Virus record (IMG/VR): IMGVR_UViG_3300025120_000054
Span: 1 to 58,836 of that record
Length of the DNA: 58,836 nucleotides
Source: a virus
Taxonomy: Duplodnaviria; Caudoviricetes
Reading direction: 5' to 3' (one strand)
Numbering within the stretch: the stretch's first letter is position 1; the number at the start of each line of letters is the position of its first letter. The notes beneath the pieces are model-generated. The model did not search any database and was not told the DNA's origin. It saw only the letters and a list, made by a program, of their open reading frames with translations. This document shows positions 7,912-17,603 of the stretch, piece after piece. The position numbers and the translations under genes were made by a program.

Positions 7912-8175
7912 ATGGAGACGATTAGTGAGAATACAAAGATAAAACTTTCACCAAGGAATTTTATTTTTATTGCAGGGTTAATAGGAACCTTTGTAAGTAT
8001 GTACTTCTCTCTCCAATCTCAGATTGAGGAAGCTAAACAACTACCCGTCCAAGACCAAGAGGTTAAAGAGGCGGTAATAAAAACCTCCAACGAGCTTACG
8101 TTTATCAAGGAGGAAATCACAGACATAAAGGGACAACTTCAGACTATGGAGAATCGTCTGTACCAACTTCAATAG
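7912..8175 (+). CDS. Membrane-anchored coiled-coil protein (lysis-associated?)
   Basis: One N-terminal TM segment plus heptad C-terminus; precedes amidase. Confidence 0.6.
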   Translation: METISENTKIKLSPRNFIFIAGLIGTFVSMYFSLQSQIEEAKQLPVQDQEVKEAVIKTSNELTFIKEEITDIKGQLQTMENRLYQLQ

Positions 8176-8181
8176 TAAATT

Positions 8182-8859
8182 ATGGCAAAAGTATGTAGAT
8201 GCTGTGGTCAAGAAATCAAGAGCGATTCAAAATATATTTGGATTCTTGATAATGGTCATGGTGGAATTATTGATGGTGTGTATCAGACAGCCGGAAAGCG
8301 TAGCCCTATTTGGTCAGATGGTACTCAGTTATTTGAGGGAGAGTTTAATCGTGCTATTGTAGAAAGGATCGCAAAGTATTGCGATAAGAATAATATTGAG
8401 TACATAAACCTAGTAGATACCAATGAGGATGTGTCTTTATCTACAAGGGTAAAGATGGCTAATGAGGTTTATCGTGAGTCAGACAAGCCTTGTATATATG
8501 TAAGCATACACGCAAATGGATTTACTGATGAGTCGGCAAATGGTTGGTGTGTATACACTTCTGAAGGACAAACCAAGTCAGATGAGATAGCGACAGTGTT
8601 GTATACAGAAGTGGAAAAAGAGTTTACGAATTCTTATAACGAAAGCATTACAATGAGACCAGACACTTATAGAGATGGAGATGTAGACCAAGAATCTAAT
8701 TTCTATGTTCTTATACACACAGCTATGCCTGCTATATTGTCGGAGAACTTCTTTATGACAAATGAAAAGGAATGCAAGACATACCTGTTGAGCGAGGAGG
8801 GTAGAGATAGAATTGCAAAGGTTCACATTGAAATGATAAATAAAATCGAAAACGAATGA
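8182..8859 (+). CDS. Endolysin, N-acetylmuramoyl-L-alanine amidase (Amidase_3)
   Basis: LDNGHGG, EGEFN, SIHAN, PAILSENFFMTN. Confidence 0.92.
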   Translation: MAKVCRCCGQEIKSDSKYIWILDNGHGGIIDGVYQTAGKRSPIWSDGTQLFEGEFNRAIVERIAKYCDKNNIEYINLVDTNEDVSLSTRVKMANEVYRESDKPCIYVSIHANGFTDESANGWCVYTSEGQTKSDEIATVLYTEVEKEFTNSYNESITMRPDTYRDGDVDQESNFYVLIHTAMPAILSENFFMTNEKECKTYLLSEEGRDRIAKVHIEMINKIENE

Positions 8860-9251
8860 AAGAAATATTAGCAAGACTATTTGGAAAAGGTTCAGGAGTT
8901 GTTGAGCAGGTCGGAGGAGTTGTAGACAAATTCATTAGAACCAAAGATGAGAAGGCTCAGTTCGAGAAAGAGATGGCAGAGATACTTATCAAAGCCGAGG
9001 CTGATATGCAGAATAACGTCACCGAGAGGTGGAAGGCAGATATGACTTCAGACTCTTGGCTGTCAAAAAATGTCCGACCATTGGTGTTGATGTTCTTAGT
9101 TTTTTGTACAATGCTATTAATATTTATTGATGCAGGTCAGATTAATTTTAAGGTTGAAGCGAATTGGGTAGACCTCCTACAGATTCTTTTACTAACAGTT
9201 ATAGCTGCATACTTTGGTGGAAGAACAGTTGAGAAGACAAGAAAGAAATAA
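8856..9251 (+). CDS. Holin (GTA 3TM-type)
   Basis: RWKADM.SDSWLSKNVRP, TM helices, AYFGGR. Confidence 0.85.
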   Translation: MKEILARLFGKGSGVVEQVGGVVDKFIRTKDEKAQFEKEMAEILIKAEADMQNNVTERWKADMTSDSWLSKNVRPLVLMFLVFCTMLLIFIDAGQINFKVEANWVDLLQILLLTVIAAYFGGRTVEKTRKK

Positions 9252-9255
9252 TTCC

Positions 9256-9263
9256 TATCTTTG
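9256..9263 (+). promoter_or_regulatory. -7 promoter element TATCTTTG
   Basis: TAnnTTTG 16 bp before ATG 9280. Confidence 0.7.
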
Positions 9264-9279
9264 TTAAAAATTAAATCAA

Positions 9280-9507
9280 ATGGCAAAATTAACTGACAAT
9301 GAGTTGTCGCAGATTCAAGAATTAAATTCTGAGTTTGCAAAAAACAAATCAGCGATTGGAGATTTAGAACTTCAAAAGCGAAGTATTTTTGAGAGGATGG
9401 ATGTTATCCAAAATGAGTTCTCAAAGGTAGAAAAGAAACTGATGAAAAAATATGGTGAGGACTCCGTTGTAAATTTACAAACAGGAGAGGTTACTAAAAA
9501 AGAATAA
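9280..9507 (+). CDS. Hypothetical coiled-coil protein
   Basis: KKYG...VNLQTGEV ending; upstream of fibre gene. Confidence 0.75.
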   Translation: MAKLTDNELSQIQELNSEFAKNKSAIGDLELQKRSIFERMDVIQNEFSKVEKKLMKKYGEDSVVNLQTGEVTKKE

Positions 9508-9509
9508 CC

Positions 9510-10661
9510 ATGGGCAAGATAAGTACATATGCAAATATAAGTCCGGTAACAATATCGGATAAAGTAATTGGAACAGATGTTGGAGGTTCTCCAGCAGATC
9601 AGACAAAGAACTTCTTAATAGGAGATATTCTTACTTTGTTTCAATCTAATATCACATTGCAGAATGTACTTGATGCTGGTAACACCGCAACACAGAGTAT
9701 TACTCTTACAGGTGCTATCACTCAGACAGGTGATTTTGGTATAACAGGTAACTTAACTCAGTCTGGTGGAGCTTTAACTTTGGGCGGAACGGTAAAAGAT
9801 TTCAATGGCAGTCTTGGGAATAATGGAGAGACTCTTGTATGTAATGCAAGTGGTCAACTTGTTTTTGGATCGGGGCTTACTAATCAAAACCTTGACCAAG
9901 TTTTAGCTATAGGTAATACTGCAACAAACGATATAAACCTTACAGGTAATTTAAACCTTACAGGTAATATCGTAGAAACGGGGAATATAGGTCTTACGGG
10001 TAACCTTACTCAGACAGGAGACATAGGTCTGACAGGTAATATTACTCAGACAGGAGACATAGGTCTGACAGGTAATATTACTCAGACAGGAGGTAACTAC
10101 ACTCTTACAGGAAACATCTTGCAAACAGGTAACTATAGTCCTACAGGCGATATTGTTCATGTAGGAGGATATAATTTTAGTGGTGGTCAATTTACCATGG
10201 GTGCTACAGGAACAATGGTTCTTGGTGGAGCTTTGACCTGTAACAGTTCAATTAGTTTGACAGGGACGGTAAAAGACTATAACGACACATTAGGTGCAAA
10301 TAGACAAATACTTGTTTCAGATGCAAGTGGTCAAGTTACTTGGCAAAACAATAATTCTTCCGTTGCCTCAAGTGCCTTAACTACTATAAACTTAACTCTT
10401 TCAAATTCTGAAGGTGTGGTTGTAACCACAGCAGGTACTGTAACAGACGTTAGAATACCTACCAATGCAGGTGTAGCTTTTAATATAGGAACTAAGATTA
10501 CAATAATTCAAGAAGGAGCAGGACAGGTAACTATTGCTCCCTCCTCAGGTGTTACTTTAAATAGTGTAGTAGGTGCAAATCTCGCGGCTCAAAAGGCTGT
10601 CGCTCACATTGTAAAAACCGCAACGGATACTTGGTATGCCTATGGCAACTTGACACCATAA
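9510..10661 (+). CDS. Fibre-like structural protein with TG(N/D) repeats
   Basis: Two LQ/DxVLxxGNTAT repeats; Gly/Thr 6-residue repeats; C-terminal W..YG motif. Confidence 0.75.
   Translation: MGKISTYANISPVTISDKVIGTDVGGSPADQTKNFLIGDILTLFQSNITLQNVLDAGNTATQSITLTGAITQTGDFGITGNLTQSGGALTLGGTVKDFNGSLGNNGETLVCNASGQLVFGSGLTNQNLDQVLAIGNTATNDINLTGNLNLTGNIVETGNIGLTGNLTQTGDIGLTGNITQTGDIGLTGNITQTGGNYTLTGNILQTGNYSPTGDIVHVGGYNFSGGQFTMGATGTMVLGGALTCNSSISLTGTVKDYNDTLGANRQILVSDASGQVTWQNNNSSVASSALTTINLTLSNSEGVVVTTAGTVTDVRIPTNAGVAFNIGTKITIIQEGAGQVTIAPSSGVTLNSVVGANLAAQKAVAHIVKTATDTWYAYGNLTP
10006..10092 (+). repeat. 36-bp tandem repeat (about 2.4 copies) encoding TQTGDIGLTGNI
   Basis: actcagacaggagacataggtctgacaggtaatatt twice plus a partial copy. 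Confidence 0.9.
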
Positions 10662-10667
10662 AAATAA

Positions 10668-10886
10668 ATGATACGAAAGGTTTCTATAGGATCAGATTAT
10701 AAGGCCGCCATGCACTATGTGCTAGGTCAATCTGTGCTAGGAGGAAACTATACGATACATTTGATTCAGGTAGACGAGAAGTCTGGTAACACAAAAATTT
10801 GGATAGAAGCAAACAATGAAGTTGTACTTTGGAAAGAGTTCAGTTCATCGATGCCGATATCTATAGAGTACAATATAAATTTTTAA
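10668..10886 (+). CDS. Conserved hypothetical protein
   Basis: IRKVSIGSDYK..MHY..GQ; MPISIEYN. Confidence 0.75.
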   Translation: MIRKVSIGSDYKAAMHYVLGQSVLGGNYTIHLIQVDEKSGNTKIWIEANNEVVLWKEFSSSMPISIEYNINF

Positions 10887-10890
10887 TATA

Positions 10891-11454
10891 ATGAAATCAC
10901 CCCATTGCTTTATTGTAAAGCCAATCGGGGGTAGACGTTACGACAACCTAAAGAAAATAGGGGGTATAGATTTTATAACCTCATCTTCAAAAGAAGATCA
11001 TACTGTTTCAAATAGGTTTGCTGAAGTAATTGAGACACCCCTAAGATATTCCGGAGACATTCAAGTTGGAGATACCTTATTAGTTCACCACAATGCATTT
11101 AAGTTTTACAACGATATGCAAGGTAAGGAGCGAAGTGGTAAAAGTTTTTTCAAAGAAGATTTGTTTTTAATTGATGAGGATCAATACTTTGCACATTCAC
11201 ATAATGGAGTTTGGAAAAGTAGAGACAAGTTTTGTTTTGTAAAACCTGTACCTCCAAAAAATTACACAATAGATAAAGCCATAAAAGAAGAAGAGCTTGT
11301 TGGTGTGTTGAAGTATGGAAATAAATTTCTATCTTCAATGGGAGTGAGCGAAGGAGATGAGATAGGATTTCTTCCTGATTCAGAGTATGAATTTAAAATT
11401 GATGGCGAAAAGTTATACCGAATGTATAACCACGCCATATGCGTGAAGACATGA
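10891..11454 (+). CDS. Tandem GroES-like protein
   Basis: Two GroES-like units (FIVKP...IQVGDTLLVHHN; FVKP...VSEGDEIGF...GEKLYRM). Confidence 0.65.
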   Translation: MKSPHCFIVKPIGGRRYDNLKKIGGIDFITSSSKEDHTVSNRFAEVIETPLRYSGDIQVGDTLLVHHNAFKFYNDMQGKERSGKSFFKEDLFLIDEDQYFAHSHNGVWKSRDKFCFVKPVPPKNYTIDKAIKEEELVGVLKYGNKFLSSMGVSEGDEIGFLPDSEYEFKIDGEKLYRMYNHAICVKT

Positions 11455-11726
11455 ATGTAGATGAATTAAAAAAACAAATCATAGACGCTGGTGAAAGGGC
11501 AGTAAAGCAATTGATAAAAGTTGCTAAGGAAGATATTATCAAACCCGATCCCGATGACGAGCTTGCAGCAGATAGATTAAAGAATGCTGCTGCTACAAAG
11601 AAGCTAGCAATATTTGATGCGTTTGAGATACTCACAAGAATTGAGGGAGAGCGAGAGTTATTAAATAAAGGGGTTGACAAGGTGGCTGACTCTAAACAAG
11701 GATTTGCAGAAAGACGAGCTAAATAG
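11451..11726 (+). CDS. Probable terminase small subunit
   Basis: Small helical protein directly before TerL; positional inference. Confidence 0.5.
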   Translation: MNVDELKKQIIDAGERAVKQLIKVAKEDIIKPDPDDELAADRLKNAAATKKLAIFDAFEILTRIEGERELLNKGVDKVADSKQGFAERRAK

Positions 11727-13950
11727 TATATATAAAGAGGTGTTTGATGTAATACCCACTACTGTTCTAAAGAATAAGAACAGAGCGAAGTCTTGGCTCT
11801 ATGGTTACAATCAAAAATATGACATTGTCGTAATATCAAAGACAGGAGAGATAGGCCCGATATATAATATTAGTGGTTTACTTGTTGCCCTTCCTAAGCA
11901 ACCATCTAATCCAAATATTCGTAGTAAAACAAAGAGTGAACAATATTGGGAGAGGCAAGACTATCCTAAGCAATTATCTAAAATTAAATCAATATTCCAA
12001 TGGAACGAAATGCCTTCGGCATTTAAAAACTTATGGGTCGATTATATTGAGACAGAGTTTGACAGAAGAGAAGATGGTCACTGGTTCATGCGTAATGGAG
12101 AGCCTACTTATATTACTGGATCTCATTATATGTATTTACAATGGACAAAAATTGATGTGGGATATCCTGACTTCCGGGAAGCCAATAGAATCTTTTACAT
12201 ATTTTGGGAAGCCTGTAAGGCAGACTATAGATCATTTGGAATTTGTTATCTAAAAATAAGACGTTCAGGATTTTCATTTATGGCATCTGAAGAATGCACT
12301 AACATAGGTACTCTAGCAAAAGATGCTCGTATAGGCATCTTGTCTAAGACTGGAGCTGATGCCAAAAAAATGTTTACCGACAAGGTCGTTCCTATTTCTA
12401 ACAACTATCCATTCTTTTTCAGACCCATACAAGATGGTATGGATAAACCAAAAACTGAATTAGCATATAGAATACCAGCATCTAAGATTACAAAAAAGAA
12501 TATGTCTACCATAGATGAAAATGATATGGAGGGACTAGACACAACTATTGACTGGAAGAATACTTCGGACAACAGTTATGATGGTGAGAAGTTACAACTA
12601 CTAATTCACGATGAGAGTGGTAAGTGGGATAAGCCTGATAATATATTAAACAACTGGCGTGTAACAAAAACTTGTCTAAGGTTGGGAAGCAAAGTTATTG
12701 GTAAATGTATGATGGGTTCAACATCTAATGCTCTAGAGAAGGGAGGTGGTAACTTTAAAAATCTTTATAATGATTCGAATGTAAAAAATAGAAATGCGAA
12801 TGGTCAAACCAAAAGTGGCCTATATAGTTTGTTCGTACCAATGGAGTGGAACATGGAGGGGTTTATAGATTTATATGGCAACCCAATACTAAGAACACCT
12901 GAGAAACCTATTCAAGGTATTGATGGTATGTTGATTGATGTAGGTGCAATAGACTATTGGGAAAATGAGGTTGATTCTTTAAAGTCAGATCCTGATGCAT
13001 TAAATGAATACTATCGTCAGTTTCCTAGAAATGAATCGCACGCATTTAGGGATGAGAGTAAGCAGTCGTTGTTTAATCTAACAAAAATATATGCTCAGAT
13101 AGATTACAATGAAAGTTTGATACAGAAACATTTTTTAACTAGAGGTACATTCAAGTGGTTAAATGGAGAGAAAGATACTAAAGTGGTTTGGACTCCAGAC
13201 AATCGAGGCAGATTCTTGGTGTCTTGGTTGCCGAGCGCAGCGTTACAAAACAATATCATAACAAAGGGTGGTAGAAAACTACCAGGCAATGAACACATCG
13301 GTGCATTTGGATGTGACTCTTATGATATATCCGGAACAGTTGGTGGTGGTGCTTCTAATGGTGCGCTTCATGGATTAACAAAGTTTCATATGGACAATGC
13401 TCCGACCAATGAGTTCTTCTTACAATATATTGCTAGACCTCAGACTGCTGAGATATTTTTTGAGGAAGTATTAATGGCTTGTATCTTTTATGGTATGCCT
13501 ATACTTGTAGAGAACAACAAGCCTAGACTGCTATATCATTTCAAGAATCGGGGCTATAGGGGATTTAGTATTAATAGACCAGACAAACATATATCTAAAC
13601 TTTCAAAGACCGAGAAAGAACTAGGAGGTATACCTAACTCTAGTGAGGATGTAAAACAGGCACACGCCACAGCTATAGAGTCTTACATTGAGAAGTATGT
13701 TGGTATAGATATGGAGTCAACATATAGAGATTCCGATGAAATGGGGTCAATGTGTTTTACTAGAACTTTAGAGGATTGGGCGAAGTTTAATATAAATAAT
13801 AGAACAAAATTTGACGCTACTATAAGTTCAGGTTTAGCTATAATGGCTAATCAAAAACATATATACACCCCACAAAAATCAGAGTCAAAAATAAGTATTA
13901 ACTTTGCAAGGTATAGTAACACAGGTTCTATAAGTGAATTAAGGAAGTAA
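11674..13950 (+). CDS. terL: Terminase large subunit
   Basis: LKIRRSGFS Walker A variant, IHDESGKW Walker B, GCDSYD nuclease, LVENNK; exact start uncertain. Confidence 0.92.
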   Translation: MTRWLTLNKDLQKDELNSIYKEVFDVIPTTVLKNKNRAKSWLYGYNQKYDIVVISKTGEIGPIYNISGLLVALPKQPSNPNIRSKTKSEQYWERQDYPKQLSKIKSIFQWNEMPSAFKNLWVDYIETEFDRREDGHWFMRNGEPTYITGSHYMYLQWTKIDVGYPDFREANRIFYIFWEACKADYRSFGICYLKIRRSGFSFMASEECTNIGTLAKDARIGILSKTGADAKKMFTDKVVPISNNYPFFFRPIQDGMDKPKTELAYRIPASKITKKNMSTIDENDMEGLDTTIDWKNTSDNSYDGEKLQLLIHDESGKWDKPDNILNNWRVTKTCLRLGSKVIGKCMMGSTSNALEKGGGNFKNLYNDSNVKNRNANGQTKSGLYSLFVPMEWNMEGFIDLYGNPILRTPEKPIQGIDGMLIDVGAIDYWENEVDSLKSDPDALNEYYRQFPRNESHAFRDESKQSLFNLTKIYAQIDYNESLIQKHFLTRGTFKWLNGEKDTKVVWTPDNRGRFLVSWLPSAALQNNIITKGGRKLPGNEHIGAFGCDSYDISGTVGGGASNGALHGLTKFHMDNAPTNEFFLQYIARPQTAEIFFEEVLMACIFYGMPILVENNKPRLLYHFKNRGYRGFSINRPDKHISKLSKTEKELGGIPNSSEDVKQAHATAIESYIEKYVGIDMESTYRDSDEMGSMCFTRTLEDWAKFNINNRTKFDATISSGLAIMANQKHIYTPQKSESKISINFARYSNTGSISELRK

Positions 13951-16386
13951 ATGAAAGAGGTAACGATAAACATATCACCTACAGGATTCCCAAGTCAGTT
14001 TGTTTCAGATGGTGAAAAAAAAACCGATGAGTTCGGTTTACAAATTGGTCAAGCTATTCAATATGAGTGGTTTAAAAAAGATGGAACTAACTGTAGATTC
14101 TATAGCCAATGGGCAGAGTTTAATAGATTGAGACTGTATGCAAGAGGCGAGCAGTCAGTTGCAAAGTACAAGAATGAGATTGCTATAGATGGTGATTTAT
14201 CTTACATCAACTTAGATTGGACACCTGTTCCTATCCTTCCGAAATTCGTAGACATTGTTGTTAATGGAATGTCAGATAGATTGTTTCATGTGCGTGCATA
14301 TTCTCAAGATGCATTGTCAGCAGAGAAGCGTTCACAATACCAAGACATGATTGAGGCAGATATGGTTGCTCGCCCTGTATTGGAACAAATAAGTAAAGAC
14401 TTTGGAGTTGATCCTTTTATGACCAATCCACAAGAGCTTCCAACTAATGACCAAGAGCTGTCATTGTATATGCAACTGAATTATAAACCAGGGATAGAGA
14501 TAGCAGAAGAAGAGGCTATCAATACTGTGCTAGAGGAGAATCATTATCAAGATGTTCGAAAGAGAGTCGATTATGACCTTACGGTACTTGGTATAGGATG
14601 CACCAAACATCAATTCTTACCCGGTCAAGGTATTCAAGTTGAATATGTAGACCCTGCTAATATTGTATACAGTTATACTGAAGACCCTCACTTTAAAGAT
14701 TGTTTTTATTGGGGAGAAGTAAAGACTGTTCCAATTACAGAGTTGGTAAAGATTAATCCTGACATTACTAATGAGCAAATGAAAGAGGTTAGTAGTTATA
14801 GCCAATCATGGTATGACTATTACAATGTTGCTCAACAGTATCAGAACGATATATTCTATAGAGACTCTTGCACCTTATTATACTTTAACTATAAAACTAC
14901 AAATACTTTTACTCACAAAAAGAAAAGACTTGAGTCTGGTGGGTACAAGGTAATTGAGAAGGATGACCAGTTCAACCCACCTGCTGAAATGATGGAAGAG
15001 GGAAGATTTGAAAAGGTCGAAAAGAAAATCGAGGTTTGGTATGAAGGCATTATGGTAATGGGTACAAACATTGTCTTAAAATGGGAGATGATGGAGAACA
15101 TGGTTCGCCCAAAGTCTGCTAGTCAATTTGCAATGCCTAGCTATGTAGCTTGCGCCCCAAGAATGTACAAAGGAAACATTGAGTCTTTGGTTAGGCGTAT
15201 GATTCCTTTTGCTGATCTTATTCAAATCACACATTTAAAGCTGCAACAAGTAATATCTAAAGTCGTACCAGACGGTGTGTTTATAGATGCTGATGGTCTT
15301 AACGAAGTGGATTTAGGAACTGGTCAAGCATACAATCCTGAAGACGCATTACGAATGTATATGCAAACTGGTAGTGTTATTGGAAGAAGTTACACTCAAG
15401 AGGGGGACTATAATCAGGCAAAAGTACCAATTACCCAGCTTACTGCTAATTCAGGACAAGCAAAGATGGGAGCATTGATTGGTAACTACAATCATTATTT
15501 AGATATGATTCGTTCAGTTACAGGATTGAATGAAGCGAGAGATGGTTCTACACCTGATCCAAACTCTTTAGTTGGTGTTCAGAAGCTAGCTGCATTAAAT
15601 TCAAACACTGCAACTAGACACATACTAGATGCTAGTCTTTATATTACACGAACAATTGCTGAAGGGCTTTCTTGTCGTATCTCTGACCTGTTAGAGTATG
15701 CTGATTTCAAAGATGAGTTTGCAATGCAGATAGGTAAGTATAATGTTGGTATACTAGATGAGATTAAAGACTTGTATATCTATGACTTCGGAGTGTTTAT
15801 TGATGTTGCACCTGATGAGGAGCAAAAGCAAAAACTAGAAGAGAATATTCAGATGGCTTTGTCTAAGGGAGATATAAACTTAGAAGATGCTATAGATATT
15901 CGTGAGCTTAGAAATATTAAGTTAGCAAATCAATTGCTAAAAGTTAAACGTACACAAAAGGCTGAGAAGGATCAGCAGATGGCGATGCAACAGCAACAGC
16001 AGCAAGCTGAGATTAATATGCAGTCACAACAGATGGCGGCACAAACTTCTATGCAAAAGCTAGAGGCAGAAACTCAGTCTAAAATGCAAATCAAACAAGC
16101 AGAGATTGCATTCGAGATTGATAAAATGCAACAAGAAGCTCAATTGAAATTCTCACTAATGCAAAAGGAGTTTGATTTAAATATGCAAATTAAAGGTGTA
16201 GAACAAAATGGATTAGAAAATAGAGAAAGTCAGCGTGAAGACGCAAAAGCATCTCGTATTAGTCAACAAAATACTCAGCAGTCTAAATTAATTGATCAGC
16301 GTAAAAAAGATTTGCCGCCTATTAATTTTGAATCCAACGAAGATTCGTTAGATGGTTTTGATTTTGCTGAATTTAACCCTAGATAG
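13951..16386 (+). CDS. Portal protein
   Basis: 811 aa after TerL; PILPKFVDIVVNG, TGLNEARDG, Q-rich coiled C-terminus. Confidence 0.88.
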   Translation: MKEVTINISPTGFPSQFVSDGEKKTDEFGLQIGQAIQYEWFKKDGTNCRFYSQWAEFNRLRLYARGEQSVAKYKNEIAIDGDLSYINLDWTPVPILPKFVDIVVNGMSDRLFHVRAYSQDALSAEKRSQYQDMIEADMVARPVLEQISKDFGVDPFMTNPQELPTNDQELSLYMQLNYKPGIEIAEEEAINTVLEENHYQDVRKRVDYDLTVLGIGCTKHQFLPGQGIQVEYVDPANIVYSYTEDPHFKDCFYWGEVKTVPITELVKINPDITNEQMKEVSSYSQSWYDYYNVAQQYQNDIFYRDSCTLLYFNYKTTNTFTHKKKRLESGGYKVIEKDDQFNPPAEMMEEGRFEKVEKKIEVWYEGIMVMGTNIVLKWEMMENMVRPKSASQFAMPSYVACAPRMYKGNIESLVRRMIPFADLIQITHLKLQQVISKVVPDGVFIDADGLNEVDLGTGQAYNPEDALRMYMQTGSVIGRSYTQEGDYNQAKVPITQLTANSGQAKMGALIGNYNHYLDMIRSVTGLNEARDGSTPDPNSLVGVQKLAALNSNTATRHILDASLYITRTIAEGLSCRISDLLEYADFKDEFAMQIGKYNVGILDEIKDLYIYDFGVFIDVAPDEEQKQKLEENIQMALSKGDINLEDAIDIRELRNIKLANQLLKVKRTQKAEKDQQMAMQQQQQQAEINMQSQQMAAQTSMQKLEAETQSKMQIKQAEIAFEIDKMQQEAQLKFSLMQKEFDLNMQIKGVEQNGLENRESQREDAKASRISQQNTQQSKLIDQRKKDLPPINFESNEDSLDGFDFAEFNPR

Positions 16387-16403
16387 GAATAAGTTTTTTA
16401 TTG

Positions 16404-16411
16404 TACCTTTG
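16404..16411 (+). promoter_or_regulatory. -7 promoter element TACCTTTG (scaffold/capsid operon)
   Basis: TAnnTTTG 15 bp before ATG 16427. Confidence 0.75.
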
Positions 16412-16426
16412 TAAAAATATAATTAA

Positions 16427-17566
16427 ATGGAAATTAAAGTAAGAGCAGTAGAGGATCAAGGAGAAAAATCAGTTCAAGAAGTTGAACAAGAATTACTTGA
16501 AAAGCATGAAGAGCAACTTGAAGGAGATAATGGTAACGAATCAGTAAATGAATCAAGCCCTCCGAGTACCGCCTCTACGCAAGAGCAAGAAGATATACAG
16601 CCGCAAGGCGAAACACAAACTCAATCCTCAGAGTTGAATGAGGAAGACGTTCTTTCATATATAGGAAAAAGATATGGTAGAGAGATATCATCATTAGATG
16701 AACTCGCTGAAGCTCGTAAAGAGAATGAAGAGTTGCCTGAAGATGTTGCTACCTATCTTAAATTTAAAAAAGAAACTGGTAGAGGTTTAAATGATTTTGT
16801 TAGTGCTAACAAAAATTATGATGACCTTGATCCAGACCAACTCTTAGTAGAGTATTATCGTCAGACTGAAAAGGAACTAGATGGAGAAGATATTAGTTAC
16901 CTCATCAAGGACAAGTTTGGTTATGACGAAGAGTATGACGAAGATGATGTCGTTAAGAAAAAAAATATTGCTAAGAAAAAGGAGCTTGCAAAAGCTAAAA
17001 ATTTCTTTGAGGATTACAAACAGAAATACTCCACCCCACTAGAGTCTAGTGTTGGGTCGGCTTCTGTGGAAAACCAAGAAGAGGTTAAAGCTTACAAGAA
17101 ATATATAGATGATGCAAAGACGTATCAAGAGGAGCTAGAGAGAAAGTCAAATTGGTTTGTAAATAAAACCGAAGAGGTGTTCAACGATGAATTCAAAGGT
17201 TTTGATTTCAAGATTGGAGAGCAGCAAATAACATTCTCACCTGGTGAAAAGTCTGAGTTAAAGAAGAATCAACTAGATGTAAATAACTTTGTAAATAAGT
17301 TTCTAGATGAGTCGGGAATGATGAAGGATGCCAAAGGATATCATCGAGCATTATCGATTGCAATGAACCCTGAAAAGTTTGCTCAATTTTTTTATGAGCA
17401 AGGGAAAGCTGATACGGTTACGGATTCCGCAAAGAAGTCGAAGAATATAAACTTCAATTCTGTGCGATCTACACCAGAGGTTTCTAACAAGGGGGGAACG
17501 CAAATTAAGGCACTTAGTTCGACATCGAGTCGTGGCCTTACAATAAGATCAAAAAAAAACAATTAA
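16427..17566 (+). CDS. Probable capsid scaffolding protein
   Basis: Highly acidic, helical; between portal and capsid. Confidence 0.7.
   Translation: MEIKVRAVEDQGEKSVQEVEQELLEKHEEQLEGDNGNESVNESSPPSTASTQEQEDIQPQGETQTQSSELNEEDVLSYIGKRYGREISSLDELAEARKENEELPEDVATYLKFKKETGRGLNDFVSANKNYDDLDPDQLLVEYYRQTEKELDGEDISYLIKDKFGYDEEYDEDDVVKKKNIAKKKELAKAKNFFEDYKQKYSTPLESSVGSASVENQEEVKAYKKYIDDAKTYQEELERKSNWFVNKTEEVFNDEFKGFDFKIGEQQITFSPGEKSELKKNQLDVNNFVNKFLDESGMMKDAKGYHRALSIAMNPEKFAQFFYEQGKADTVTDSAKKSKNINFNSVRSTPEVSNKGGTQIKALSSTSSRGLTIRSKKNN
16548..16637 (+). CDS. Nested +1-frame basic peptide, 29 aa (ArfA-like YSRKAKHK motif)
   Basis: Translated by hand: MNQALRVPPLRKSKKIYSRKAKHKLNPQS. Confidence 0.4.
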   Translation: MNQALRVPPLRKSKKIYSRKAKHKLNPQS

Positions 17567-17603
17567 TAAAGTCCTCTGAATAAAATAGGAGGCATTTAAA
17601 AAA

